Shown: positions 37,013 through 46,672, counted from the stretch's first letter. The stretch is 64,000 nt of DNA from an uncultured Gammaproteobacteria bacterium (GCA_964434235.1 CAYSUN010000001.1:18574-82573), one strand, 5' to 3'. Numbers and translations: made by a program. Notes: a model not told the origin generated them from the sequence alone.

Positions 37013-38125
37013 ATGAAAAAATTTATTTTGGTTTTGATTTTATGTTTGTTGGCTATTCCAGCTGTTACTTTAGCGGGTGGATCTTCAGATGAAAATGTTT
37101 TTATTCCAAAAGAACAAGTAATTTCTGATAATTATTTTGTTATTGGTAATACAGTTGATATTTCAGGTACATTAGAAAAAGATGCTTACATTATCGGACA
37201 AAATGTCGTAATTAGTGGAACTATTAAAGGTGATTTGATTGGCGTTGCTAACAGTTTAAGAATTGACGGAGTAGTTGAGGGTAATGTTCGATTTTTAGCT
37301 TCTGAAATGGATATCAAGGGTGAAGTTTATAAAAATATTACAGTTGCTTCTGGTAATTTAGTTGTTTTAGGCAAATTAAATCAAGATTTAATTGGAGCAG
37401 TTGGTTCTGCTGATTTACAAGGCGAAATGTTGGGGAATGTAAATCTTGTGGCTAGCAAAGTAAATGTGGATAAAAATATTGCTGGTAATTTATCATTACG
37501 TTTAGATGAAAATGGGACAATGTCTTTTGCTGAAGAAGTGGAAATTGGAGGAAATTTAGCTTATTCTCCAATTAAAAAGGAAGTTGAGGGTTTATCTGGA
37601 GTAACGGTTGTAGGAGAAACGAAGTTATTGAAAATAAATAAAAGTCTTAATATTAACAAAGCGTATAATTATATTTATTTATATAGTCGAATTGCTTATT
37701 TTTTATCTTTGTTGATGATAGTTTTAGTAATGTTAAGTTTCATGAAAAAATTTACTGTTCAGTTATCTTCACTTTTAGCCAAAGAACCACTTAGATGTTT
37801 TAATAAAGGTTTTTGGTTTGTAATTTTAGTTCCGCTTGTTTGTTTGCTCTTGTTGTTCACTTTGGTTGGTTTGCCATTGGCCGGGATACTTATGGCTTTG
37901 TATATTATAGTTTTTTATATTAGTAAAATTTTTGTTGGGTTAGCAGTTGGTATGGTTGTCTTGAAACAAGATTTTACAAAAGCAAAGTTAATTTGGCCAG
38001 CAGTGTTAGGTGTATTTTTAGTTGTAATTGGAGTTTCAATACCATTTATTGGTTTTCTGGTTAACTTATTGCTAACTTCCGCTGGGTTTGGAGCGCTTTA
38101 TATAATTTTGAAAAGGGAAAAGTAA
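37013..38125 (+). CDS. membrane protein with N-terminal signal, bactofilin-like beta-helical repeat region, and C-terminal multi-TM domain
   Basis: Repetitive G-x-hydrophobic pattern (GNTVDISGTLEKDAYIIGQNVVISGTIKGDLIGVANSLRIDGVVEGNV..) typical of DUF583/bactofilin-type beta-helix; ~5 TM helices in the C-terminal 150 aa. Confidence 0.4.
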   Translation: MKKFILVLILCLLAIPAVTLAGGSSDENVFIPKEQVISDNYFVIGNTVDISGTLEKDAYIIGQNVVISGTIKGDLIGVANSLRIDGVVEGNVRFLASEMDIKGEVYKNITVASGNLVVLGKLNQDLIGAVGSADLQGEMLGNVNLVASKVNVDKNIAGNLSLRLDENGTMSFAEEVEIGGNLAYSPIKKEVEGLSGVTVVGETKLLKINKSLNINKAYNYIYLYSRIAYFLSLLMIVLVMLSFMKKFTVQLSSLLAKEPLRCFNKGFWFVILVPLVCLLLLFTLVGLPLAGILMALYIIVFYISKIFVGLAVGMVVLKQDFTKAKLIWPAVLGVFLVVIGVSIPFIGFLVNLLLTSAGFGALYIILKREK

Positions 38126-38228
38126 AAAGTAAAGAAACAAACAGTGTTAAGTATTAAGTGTTAAGTATTAAGTATTAAGTAAATTTGTAATATTCGTAGA
38201 TTCGTAGCTAATTCGTAATTTGTAAACT

Positions 38229-39596
38229 ATGAACATAGATAAATCAATTTTCAAAGCTTATGACATTCGCGGAGTTTATCCTTCGCAAGTTAATAAGGAA
38301 ATGGCTTATAAATTAGGCCAATCTTTTGCTGAATTTATGAAAGTAGAGCTTCAAAAAGATAATTTGAAATTAGTTGTTGGGCAAGACATGAGATTGTCGT
38401 CTTCAGAATTATTTGAAGCTTTAACTGCTGGAATAACTGATCAAGGTGTTGATGTTGTCGATATTGGTTTAGTTTCAACTCCAACCTTTTATTTCGCAGT
38501 AGCTAAATTTGGTTATGATGGTGGAATTCAAGTTTCAGCTTCGCATAATCCTTCAGAATATAATGGATTTAAAATGGTTAGAGGCGGGGCAGTGCCGATT
38601 AGTGGAGATACTGGAATTTTGGAATTAGCCGTGTTGATGGCTGAGCAAGAGTTTGTGCCAACGGAAAATAAAGGCGTGATTGAAAAGCATGAAAATATTC
38701 TTGATGAGCATTTAGCTTATGCTTTGACTTGGGCTGATTTGTCAAAAATTAAACCACTGAAAATTGTAATTGATTCAGCTAATGCGATGGGCGGACCATT
38801 GTTTGAAAAACTTTTTGAAAAATTGCCTTGCGAAATTATAAAATTAAATTTTGATTTAGATGGAACTTTCCCAGCTCATGAAGCAGATCCACTAAAAGAT
38901 GAAAATAACAAACAATTACAAGACAAAGTTTTGGAAACCAAAGCTGATCTTGGAATTGCACTTGATGGTGATGGGGATAGAATATTTTTTATTGATAATA
39001 CAGGCAAAACGATTGAGCCAGCAATTATTAGGGGAATACTGTCACAAATATTTCTGGCCGATAACCCTGGAGCTACTATTTGCTATGATATACGGCCAGG
39101 CAAAATTACCATTGATATGATCGAAGAAGCTGGAGGTGTGCCAGTTGTCACAAGAGTTGGACATTCTTTGATAAAAGAAAAAGCTCGAGAAGTTGGAGCA
39201 GTTTTTGCCGGTGAATCAAGTGGACATTTTTTTGTAAAAATGCCTTTTGGTATTTTTGAAATGCCAATGATTGTAACTTTAAAATTGTTAGAAAAATTTT
39301 CTCAGTCAAATAAAACAGTGGCTGAGCAAGTCGCGCCACTGTATAAATATGCTCATTCAGGTGAAATAAATTTTTCTGTTGAAGACAAAGCAGAAGTATT
39401 TAATCTTTTGGAAGAAAGATATGGAGCTAATCTGATTTATGATTTTGATGGTTTAAGTTTTGAGTGGTCTGATTGGTGGTTTAATGTTCGACCATCAAAT
39501 ACAGAAAATAAAGTTCGCTTGAACTTGGAAGCAATATCAGAAGATATAATGAAAGAAAAGCGTGATGAGGTCTCGGACTTTATAAAATCAGCTTAA
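38229..39596 (+). CDS. phosphomannomutase/phosphoglucomutase
   Basis: Active-site loop SASHNPSEYNGFK, metal-binding ALDGDGDRIFF, sugar-binding GESSGH. Confidence 0.85.
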   Translation: MNIDKSIFKAYDIRGVYPSQVNKEMAYKLGQSFAEFMKVELQKDNLKLVVGQDMRLSSSELFEALTAGITDQGVDVVDIGLVSTPTFYFAVAKFGYDGGIQVSASHNPSEYNGFKMVRGGAVPISGDTGILELAVLMAEQEFVPTENKGVIEKHENILDEHLAYALTWADLSKIKPLKIVIDSANAMGGPLFEKLFEKLPCEIIKLNFDLDGTFPAHEADPLKDENNKQLQDKVLETKADLGIALDGDGDRIFFIDNTGKTIEPAIIRGILSQIFLADNPGATICYDIRPGKITIDMIEEAGGVPVVTRVGHSLIKEKAREVGAVFAGESSGHFFVKMPFGIFEMPMIVTLKLLEKFSQSNKTVAEQVAPLYKYAHSGEINFSVEDKAEVFNLLEERYGANLIYDFDGLSFEWSDWWFNVRPSNTENKVRLNLEAISEDIMKEKRDEVSDFIKSA

Positions 39597-39661
39597 GATA
39601 TTTTTAAACGTGAAAAGAGGCATCCTAGTGGGGATGCCTCTTGCTGTTGAAGGGGGAAAAC

Positions 39662-40447
39662 CTAGCGCTTTGCCGTTTTCTTTGATTCATAGGAAAGCCT
39701 TGAACTGAGCTTTCCCCTTGTTGCCATGGGAACAATTGCCAGAATCTTTTCCAACCGCGGATCCTCAATCGAGAAAATGTGCATTTCCTGATAAAGTGTT
39801 TCGGCGGCCGTGTCGATTCGATTGTTTTGAATCATGGCAAAAACCAATTCGTACATCCATGGGTCAGTGGAAGGGTTCCACTGTTCCAGGTCAAACAGCT
39901 CTCGCAGGTTGGAATATTCACCCTTTACGTCGAGGAGTTTTATTCCCCTCATCGCCTTGATTTGTTCGATTCTTTTCTTGGCATACCGCATTTCCATATT
40001 CAGGGGAATCCAGCCTTGTCCAATGTAGTCAGAAATGGTCCAGAGTTGTTCTTTCTTCATCGCGTAATCGTAGAATTCCATGATGAGCTGTTGCTTCTCT
40101 TTCTTTTCAGAACTTGAAAATCCAAAGCTCAAAAACGTATGAGCCTTGGTTGGTTGACCTTCCGCCAAAAAGTTTCTGAACGTCTGCATCTTAACATTTG
40201 AAAGTAAACTGAACTTCTCATTTCTGAAGTACGTACGCAGAGTTGCGGCATGCTCAAGAATGTAGTCATTCAATTCGAAGAATGCGTCCTTCGTTCTTTC
40301 TCCTTCAATTCCGTTAATTTTCAAAGTTGCGTATTCCAATGCAAGTTCACTGCATTCTTCAAAAACTTCTTCTTGCGTTTTGAAGCAACCGGAAAAGGTT
40401 GAAATCGACACTATCGCTACAATTACCAGAACCAATGCGTTCTTCAT
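39662..40447 (-). CDS. putative lipoprotein (GC-rich foreign island)
   Basis: Signal peptide with lipobox ISTFSGC; markedly higher GC than the flanking genes. Confidence 0.5.
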   Translation of the reverse strand: MKNALVLVIVAIVSISTFSGCFKTQEEVFEECSELALEYATLKINGIEGERTKDAFFELNDYILEHAATLRTYFRNEKFSLLSNVKMQTFRNFLAEGQPTKAHTFLSFGFSSSEKKEKQQLIMEFYDYAMKKEQLWTISDYIGQGWIPLNMEMRYAKKRIEQIKAMRGIKLLDVKGEYSNLRELFDLEQWNPSTDPWMYELVFAMIQNNRIDTAAETLYQEMHIFSIEDPRLEKILAIVPMATRGKLSSRLSYESKKTAKR

Positions 40448-40642
40448 GTGGGATCTCCTGTGAAAGGTTGAAAAATTATAAAATGAACTTCAAACTAATA
40501 GCAGTATAGCACATATTTATATTTTTGTCAACAGTAGCTTGTTTTGATTATGATTGGTCTTATATAAGTAAATAAAGATAGTTGTTTATTTTATGATTAT
40601 TTATGTGTAATTTTAGATTAATTTTTTGTTTATCTTATCGAT

Positions 40643-40671
40643 ATTGACATAATATAAAATATATGCTATAA
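40643..40671 (+). promoter_or_regulatory. sigma70-type promoter TTGACA-17bp-TATAAT
   Basis: cgatattgacataatataaaatatatgctataattacaag; a second TTGACA at ~40689 and the SD AGGAGA precede the ATG at 40720. Confidence 0.6.
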
Positions 40672-40719
40672 TTACAAGAATCTGTTTATTGACAATCTAC
40701 TAAAAAAAAGGAGAAAATC

Positions 40720-41133
40720 ATGAAAATGCGTATTGAGGATGCAATTGTAGCATTTGTTGAGGCAGTTCTGCCTCGTAGTAGCGTGGGGAAGGTTCTGCAT
40801 GTTTGTCTGAACTTGACCTACGAGCATGTGCTCGGGGAAGAGTACACTGTGAAGCAACTTGTTCCTGATGAAGGTTCGGAGTGGGACGTTGAGGAAAGGT
40901 ATTCTGATGAGTTGAGGTCTAGGACAATTGGTGATAAACAAGAGTGGTTAGTTGATATGCCAGTCAGTGCGGGTTTCGGGTTGGCTGGTTCTGGCATCAA
41001 GGTTTTGGATGGAAATATTCCGTACCTTGATCGTCATGATGAGATGGCTTGGCAGTACGAACTTCAGTTCGTGCCCTTGTCAGTTACAGCACAATTTCGA
41101 CAGCTCAAGCGGTCGAAGATCAAGTCAGCCTAG
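40720..41133 (+). CDS. hypothetical protein (GC-rich island)
   Basis: 137-aa ORF with strong SD (AAAAAGGAGAAAATCATG); ends ..KSA followed by a palindrome. Confidence 0.5.
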   Translation: MKMRIEDAIVAFVEAVLPRSSVGKVLHVCLNLTYEHVLGEEYTVKQLVPDEGSEWDVEERYSDELRSRTIGDKQEWLVDMPVSAGFGLAGSGIKVLDGNIPYLDRHDEMAWQYELQFVPLSVTAQFRQLKRSKIKSA

Positions 41134-41147
41134 GCTGACGAAGGAGG
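41124..41147 (+). promoter_or_regulatory. intercistronic palindrome + SD (GTCAGCCTAGGCTGAC GAAGGAGG), copy 1
   Basis: Perfect 16-bp palindrome immediately followed by a consensus SD; repeated at 41565-41587. Confidence 0.6.
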
Positions 41148-41151
41148 CAAG

Positions 41152-41574
41152 ATGTTTGCTTTTTTGACGTTCCTCATTACATTGGTTCTGCACCATTTCG
41201 TTATAAGGTATTGGGGTTGGGCAGAGATGGGGGATGTCTGGGTGTATGTGGCTTCTCTCGTTTCCTTCTTGGCCATGGTTGGACTGGCTATTGGGGTTGA
41301 GCTGATGAAGAGGGATTTAGCTGTGGTCGGAGCCTTTGGTAAGAAGATCCTTTCCGGATTCTTTGAGCTTGTCACAGCTGGAGTATTTCTCGCAATTCTG
41401 TTTGTACCCTTTTCCGTATGTCTTTTCCTGGCTGTAAAAGAAACAGGAACTATGACGGTCGGGATGTTTCTACTGGACTATTTGGGGTCAGGAGTTGTCT
41501 TCGTTGGTTCTGTTTTTGCAGGGAGGTTTTTTAGAGCCTTTTTCAAGAAGTTATACAACAGCAAGTCAGCCTAG
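41152..41574 (+). CDS. hypothetical 4-TM membrane protein (GC-rich island)
   Basis: Four hydrophobic helices; ends ..SKSA then the second palindrome+SD copy. Confidence 0.5.
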   Translation: MFAFLTFLITLVLHHFVIRYWGWAEMGDVWVYVASLVSFLAMVGLAIGVELMKRDLAVVGAFGKKILSGFFELVTAGVFLAILFVPFSVCLFLAVKETGTMTVGMFLLDYLGSGVVFVGSVFAGRFFRAFFKKLYNSKSA

Positions 41575-41587
41575 CTGACGAAGGAGG
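41565..41587 (+). promoter_or_regulatory. intercistronic palindrome + SD, copy 2, followed by a 4-codon remnant ORF (ATGATGAAGATTTAA)
   Basis: GTCAGCCTAGCTGAC GAAGGAGG; the downstream cistron appears truncated. Confidence 0.55.
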
Positions 41588-41623
41588 ACGGATGATGAAG
41601 ATTTAAGCTTACATGAAAAATCA

Positions 41624-41661
41624 CCCCGTCACCACCATGTGGTCGACGGGGTTTTGTTTTT
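41624..41661 (+). terminator. rho-independent terminator
   Basis: Hairpin CCCCGTCACCACCATGTGGTCGACGGGG followed by TTTTGTTTTT. Confidence 0.7.
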
Positions 41662-41744
41662 AAATAAAAGAAGATGAATCCTAGACCAGAAATTCAAAAG
41701 ATTATCAGCGAAGTTCAAGCAAATCATACTTAGTGAACATAAAG

Positions 41745-41777
41745 TCCACCACTGCCAAGTAGTTGGTGGATTTTTTT
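41745..41777 (+). terminator. rho-independent terminator
   Basis: Hairpin TCCACCACTGCCAAGTAGTTGGTGGA followed by T7. Confidence 0.65.
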
Positions 41778-41833
41778 GTGTATTTTGAGTATAATATTGA
41801 AGAATTATATGTTTTGTAAATTAATATTTTATT

Positions 41834-42715
41834 ATGATTGGTATTTTTGACAGTGGGCTTGGCGGTCTGACAGTTCTAAAAGAAATTCGAAAGGTTTTGC
41901 CTGCGTATGATTACATGTATCTTGGTGATACTTTACATTTACCTTATGGCAATAGAAGTGATGAGGCTATTTTTGAATTAAGTCGCCGAGCTTGTGATTA
42001 TTTGTTTTCGCAAGGTTGTAAATTAATTATAATTGCTTGTAATACTGCCAGTGCCAAGGCTTTACGAAAACTTCAGCAAGAGTATTTGCCGGCCGTTAAT
42101 TTGCAGATTTCTCCACTACTCCTTCGACAAGCTCAGGATTCGGTCGAAATGACAAATAAGAATATACTTGGTGTAGTACGGCCAGTGGCGGAAAAAATTG
42201 CGAAACTCGGATATGAAAAAATCGGTATGATTGGAACAAAGGGAACTGTTAATTCAAATATTTATGTGCTAGAATTAAAAGAGCAAATGATTAAAGAACA
42301 AAGGAGTAGCGAGGCTGAATTTAAGATTAGTGTAGAACAACAAGCCACTCCACTTTTGGTACCATTGATTGAAGAGGGTTGGCTTAATGAACCAGAAACA
42401 GAATCTATTTTATCAAAATATTTAAAACCCTTGCAGGAAAAAGGTGTGCAATGTTTAATTTTGGGTTGTACACATTATCCACTTTTAATTAAAAAAATAA
42501 AAAAAATTCTTGGGCCGAGTTGTTATGTACCCAATCCAAGTGAAATAGTAGCGGAATCTTTGAAAGATTATTTGATTAAACATTCTGAACTTGAAAAAAA
42601 ATTACCAAAAAATGGGCGTGTTAGTTATTTTGTAACTGATTTGAATGATAATTTTCGTCAAGTGGCTGAGGCTTTATTCGGTGAGAAAATTAAGATAACC
42701 AAAGTAAAATATTAA
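41834..42715 (+). CDS. murI: glutamate racemase
   Basis: IGIFDSGLGGLTVL, IIACNTAS and LGCTHYPLL motifs (both catalytic Cys contexts present). Confidence 0.85.
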   Translation: MIGIFDSGLGGLTVLKEIRKVLPAYDYMYLGDTLHLPYGNRSDEAIFELSRRACDYLFSQGCKLIIIACNTASAKALRKLQQEYLPAVNLQISPLLLRQAQDSVEMTNKNILGVVRPVAEKIAKLGYEKIGMIGTKGTVNSNIYVLELKEQMIKEQRSSEAEFKISVEQQATPLLVPLIEEGWLNEPETESILSKYLKPLQEKGVQCLILGCTHYPLLIKKIKKILGPSCYVPNPSEIVAESLKDYLIKHSELEKKLPKNGRVSYFVTDLNDNFRQVAEALFGEKIKITKVKY

Positions 42716-42847
42716 GAATAATTTTGCTTTAAACTTTTATATAATTAAAATTCTAAACATTTAAATAAAAATCATAAAAATAAAACTATAAAACTTCCAG
42801 CACTTTATAATTTGAATCGATAAAATGTCGGAATAAAAATTAGATCT

Positions 42848-44011
42848 ATGCTTACATTAATTATTTTTTTAGCGATTTTAGGTGTAATGGTATTTTTTCA
42901 TGAACTTGGTCATTTTTGGGTTGCCCGAAAATTTGGTGTAAAAACTGATGAGTTTGGTTTTGGTTTTCCACCAAGAATTTGTGGTTGGAGAAAAATTAAA
43001 GGTAAAAGAAAGTTTTTTTGGGGGAATGAAGATGCTGAAAAAATAGAATCAGAAGACACAATATATTCTTTGAATTGGATTCCAATAGGCGGATTTGTAA
43101 AAATAAAAGGTGAAGATGGTGAAGCTAAAAAAGAGCCTGATAGTTTTGGTAGTAAAAAAGTTTGGCAAAGAATCGCAATTTTGAGTGCTGGAGTTACTAT
43201 GAATCTTCTTTTGGCTTTAGTTTGTTTGATTATTGCTTTTATGATTGGCGCACCTCAGGTTGTTGATCAAGATTTAGCTTCTGCTAAAGTTGAGAATCCT
43301 AAAATTCAAATAATGAGTGTTTTGCAAGGTTCACCTGCGGAAAATGTGGGAATTCAAATGGGTGATGTTGTTTTATCTATTAATGATCAAACTTTTACAG
43401 AAGTTGTGCCTTTGCAAAATTTTATTAATGAAAATGAAGAGCAGGAACTGTTTTTTAAAGTTCAAAGACTTGATGAAGAAAAAGAGTTTACAGTTCAAGC
43501 TGAAATGCTTGCACAAATGCAGGAAGTGGGCGTGGGCATTGGTTTAGCGAAAACTGGGATAGTTTCTTATCCTTGGTATAAATCAATTTGGCTTGGTTTC
43601 ATGGCAACTGTATCTATGTTTGTGCAAATAATAGTTGCTTTTTATACTTTGATAAAAAATTCAATTATTGGACAACCTTTGGGAGTTGATTTGGCTGGAC
43701 CGATTGGCATTGCTGTTATGACTGGCCAAGTGGCGCGTATGGGGTTTGTTTATATTTTACAGTTTGCAGCTTTGTTATCATTGAATTTAGCTATAATTAA
43801 CTTTTTACCGTTCCCAGCCCTTGATGGCGGACGAGTATTATTTTTAATCATTGAGAAAATTAGAGGCAAGGCAGTTAATCAGAAAGTTGAACAAATAGTT
43901 CACGCTTCAGGCTTTGCTTTGTTAATGTTTTTAGTGATAATAGTAACGGGTAAAGATTTATTTAGATTTAAGGATTTCTTCATTAATTTATGGCAGACCA
44001 TATTTTCATAA
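42848..44011 (+). CDS. rseP: RIP metalloprotease RseP (site-2 protease, M50 family)
   Basis: HELGHFW zinc motif in TM1, PDZ domain, LNLAIINFLPFPALDGG motif. Confidence 0.85.
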   Translation: MLTLIIFLAILGVMVFFHELGHFWVARKFGVKTDEFGFGFPPRICGWRKIKGKRKFFWGNEDAEKIESEDTIYSLNWIPIGGFVKIKGEDGEAKKEPDSFGSKKVWQRIAILSAGVTMNLLLALVCLIIAFMIGAPQVVDQDLASAKVENPKIQIMSVLQGSPAENVGIQMGDVVLSINDQTFTEVVPLQNFINENEEQELFFKVQRLDEEKEFTVQAEMLAQMQEVGVGIGLAKTGIVSYPWYKSIWLGFMATVSMFVQIIVAFYTLIKNSIIGQPLGVDLAGPIGIAVMTGQVARMGFVYILQFAALLSLNLAIINFLPFPALDGGRVLFLIIEKIRGKAVNQKVEQIVHASGFALLMFLVIIVTGKDLFRFKDFFINLWQTIFS

Positions 44012-45048
44012 ATCAAGCAGAGATAATGCCAACGAATAGAGATTCTTCGCTAGACGACGAGAACTCTAGATTTATCGAATCTGAAAATTTAGAGCAAATT
44101 GCTAGTCTTGCTTTAGAAAAAAGGATTAAGTTAGATAATTTTTTTGATTTATCAAAATATCCAATTATTGAGAACGATTTTTTGCACAAGAAAAAAGATT
44201 TATATCAAATTGAGGATACTGATATTGTTATTCAAAGAGCTGAATTGAAAGCTCAGTTAGTCGAGATAAAAAGACGCTTACTTGAAGATTCAGATTTGAA
44301 CTTGTCTGAAAAACAAAAATTAGAAGCAGAAAAAGAAAGCTTTCAAAAAAAAGTTTCTAATTTACAAGTTCAATCGACTGGTACAATGCAAGGTTATGCA
44401 GAATTAGCCACAAGAAAAAAAAATCGATTAAGAACGAATTGGGTTAATTATGTGTTGGGAGAGGTTCAGATTATTGCAGATATTTTCTCTAAAGAAAACA
44501 TAGCTGGACAATATCACTTTGAGGATTTGCAGGCTGTTGTTTTAGCTTTTAAAGCTAAGATGGATGAATATTTAGTTCGTGAAGCCCAACTTAAAAGCGC
44601 TTTGACTGGTTTGCAAGAAATCGACCAAACAAAAGCAAAACAAGACTTGGCTTTGTTGGAATCCGAACTTAAAAATGTTTATTCAGCTAAAAAAGATTTT
44701 ATTTTGCAGGGTATGAATTCTTTGCATTTTGTAGCTACTCAAATGTTGGAAGTTTTGCGAAATGATATCGAGCAAGGTGAAATAAGAAGAAAGTTTACTT
44801 CAGGAAATCTTAATTTAGATAGTGTGTTTGACATTATAAATAATCATGAACCGCAAGCAATTATCGAACAAGTAAGGGCCATGCTTTTAGCAGATTATGA
44901 TAATGCGAATTGGCGGAAATTTATAAATATATATTTAAATAGCTTAGATTTAAGTGATTCTACGGCTGTACAAAAAAAAATAAATTCTTTATTAAACATT
45001 TTAACTGTGGTAACTTATGCCGATGAAAAAAAACAAAAAGCGAATTAA
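43990..45048 (+). CDS. hypothetical coiled-coil protein
   Basis: 352-aa ORF overlapping the rseP 3' end by 22 nt; no motif recognised. Confidence 0.45.
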   Translation: MADHIFINQAEIMPTNRDSSLDDENSRFIESENLEQIASLALEKRIKLDNFFDLSKYPIIENDFLHKKKDLYQIEDTDIVIQRAELKAQLVEIKRRLLEDSDLNLSEKQKLEAEKESFQKKVSNLQVQSTGTMQGYAELATRKKNRLRTNWVNYVLGEVQIIADIFSKENIAGQYHFEDLQAVVLAFKAKMDEYLVREAQLKSALTGLQEIDQTKAKQDLALLESELKNVYSAKKDFILQGMNSLHFVATQMLEVLRNDIEQGEIRRKFTSGNLNLDSVFDIINNHEPQAIIEQVRAMLLADYDNANWRKFINIYLNSLDLSDSTAVQKKINSLLNILTVVTYADEKKQKAN

Positions 45049-45769
45049 GTTTAATCTAATTGGAATAATTTTAGTGTTCCTTTTAGCAGTTTTTGTTTTT
45101 GTTTTGCTTTTTGTTAGTTACATGTATCAAGATTTAAAAAGTGTTCAGCAAGGAGTTTTTAATTTAACGGAGGAAGTTAAAATTACCAATGACAAAATTG
45201 ATCAATTTTCAATTACAGATGAACAAACAGCTCAAAAATCATTAAAGTTTACTGAAGCAACTAAAAAGTGGGATATTTATCAAAATAGTGAATACAAATT
45301 CCAATTTAAAAATCCGTTACCTTGGGGTAGCTTTAGCTTGTTAGCTAGTTATAATGAAGGAGATCATGAACCGTCTTCAGTCCAAGGTTTATTTGCTGGT
45401 GCTAGTAAATCTGAAGCCTTGAGCTTAGTTTTGATTGATTATGATAAGTTTCAAGGTGTTAATTATGCAAGTCATGAAGTAGAGCAATATTTAGTACAAA
45501 GCAGTTTAGGTGAATGTAATATAGAAATTTTTGCCGCTTTAAAAAAATTGAATTTAGGCGAAATTCGTAATTGTTTTGTGCGAGAAAATATTTTAAATCA
45601 AAAATACCTTGTATATCGTTATTACAAAGATTACGATGTGTTTGGCGCAGCTAAAAATAATTTGGTTATGGTTTATCCTCGTGAAAATTTTTATGTTTAT
45701 AGTTTCTTGAAAGATGATGTTTCAGCTGAAGTGGATTATTTTATCCAGAGTTTAGTTTTCATGCATTAA
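45017..45769 (+). CDS. hypothetical membrane-anchored protein
   Basis: N-terminal TM (LIGIILVFLLAVFVFVLLFVSYMY), then a soluble domain. Confidence 0.45.
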   Translation: MPMKKNKKRIKFNLIGIILVFLLAVFVFVLLFVSYMYQDLKSVQQGVFNLTEEVKITNDKIDQFSITDEQTAQKSLKFTEATKKWDIYQNSEYKFQFKNPLPWGSFSLLASYNEGDHEPSSVQGLFAGASKSEALSLVLIDYDKFQGVNYASHEVEQYLVQSSLGECNIEIFAALKKLNLGEIRNCFVRENILNQKYLVYRYYKDYDVFGAAKNNLVMVYPRENFYVYSFLKDDVSAEVDYFIQSLVFMH

Positions 45770-45779
45770 AAAAAATGGT

Positions 45780-45925
45780 ACAATGATTTTGCATAAAAAC
45801 TAATTACGAATCAGCTACTAATCTACAAATTACAAATTACGAATCAGCTACTAATCTACAAATTTACGGATTGAAAATTTAAAATAAAAAATACAAATTT
45901 AAAATAAAAAATAAAAATTGCAAAT
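45780..45925. repeat. tandem ~30-bp repeat TTACGAATCAGCTACTAATCTACAAATTACAAA (x2) plus AAATTTAAAATAAAAAATA (x2)
   Basis: Exact tandem duplication; related copies at 38190-38228 and 56993-57110. Confidence 0.75.
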
Positions 45926-46672
45926 ATGCCAGTAAAAAAGAGGGGAAGTTCTTTGTCTGAAAAAAAAGACAAACCAAAAACAAAAAAAGAATCAGTTTTA
46001 ACTAGTGATCAGATTCGGATAAGACTATTAAAAACTGAAGTTCATTATTCCAAAGGTTTAGCCATTAGTATCACAGTTTTAATTTTCTGTGTGTTTATTG
46101 CTTTTGGGGTTTTATTTAGTGCTATGTATTTGGAAACGAGAGCATCTCGAGTAATGTTCCAAGAAGCTCTAAAAGATGTTTTACCTGCAGGGTTTAACAT
46201 TGATTCTGAATATAATGTAACGGCAGATAATGTTGATGAAGAAGTTTACGATGAAGATATTGTTTATGATGATGTTGAAGAAAATTTAACTTTGTCTGGG
46301 GTAAATATGGACTTTGAAACTTGGCTAAGTTTTTCTAAATATGGAGTTCTAGTGTATTTTCCAAACTCTTGGACTTATTTTGATCGACCATTTGAAAAAC
46401 AAATACATTTTTTTGCTGATGGTTTAGTCCGGGCTGATAATTCAACTGAAATTGGTGATTTAGTTGTTTCTTTTGCTGATGAAAATAACTATAAAGAGTT
46501 AACGGCTAAATTAGTTTCTGTGGCTGGTAAAATTGGTTTTCGTTATGATCTTGGAGATAGTCAAGAAATCATCATTGCTAATAACGATAAATACATTGAA
46601 ATTTCTTATACCAATGAGTTAGAACAAGAAGTAGTTGAACAAATATTAGAAAATTTTCAAATTATTGAATAA
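45926..46672 (+). CDS. hypothetical membrane-anchored protein
   Basis: Basic N-terminus then TM (LAISITVLIFCVFIAFGVLFSAMYL). Confidence 0.45.
   Translation: MPVKKRGSSLSEKKDKPKTKKESVLTSDQIRIRLLKTEVHYSKGLAISITVLIFCVFIAFGVLFSAMYLETRASRVMFQEALKDVLPAGFNIDSEYNVTADNVDEEVYDEDIVYDDVEENLTLSGVNMDFETWLSFSKYGVLVYFPNSWTYFDRPFEKQIHFFADGLVRADNSTEIGDLVVSFADENNYKELTAKLVSVAGKIGFRYDLGDSQEIIIANNDKYIEISYTNELEQEVVEQILENFQIIE

Noticed and set aside
39718-40117. Several + strand ORFs (39718-39960, 39779-40117, 39834-40028) and 40672-41167 minus/plus small ORFs in the GC-rich island
   Set aside because: They overlap the better-supported lipoprotein gene (signal peptide + lipobox, terminator) or the SD-preceded + strand genes; higher GC inflates random ORF length
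41592-41606. Third cistron after second palindrome+SD module
   Set aside because: Only four codons before a stop; reported as a remnant rather than a gene
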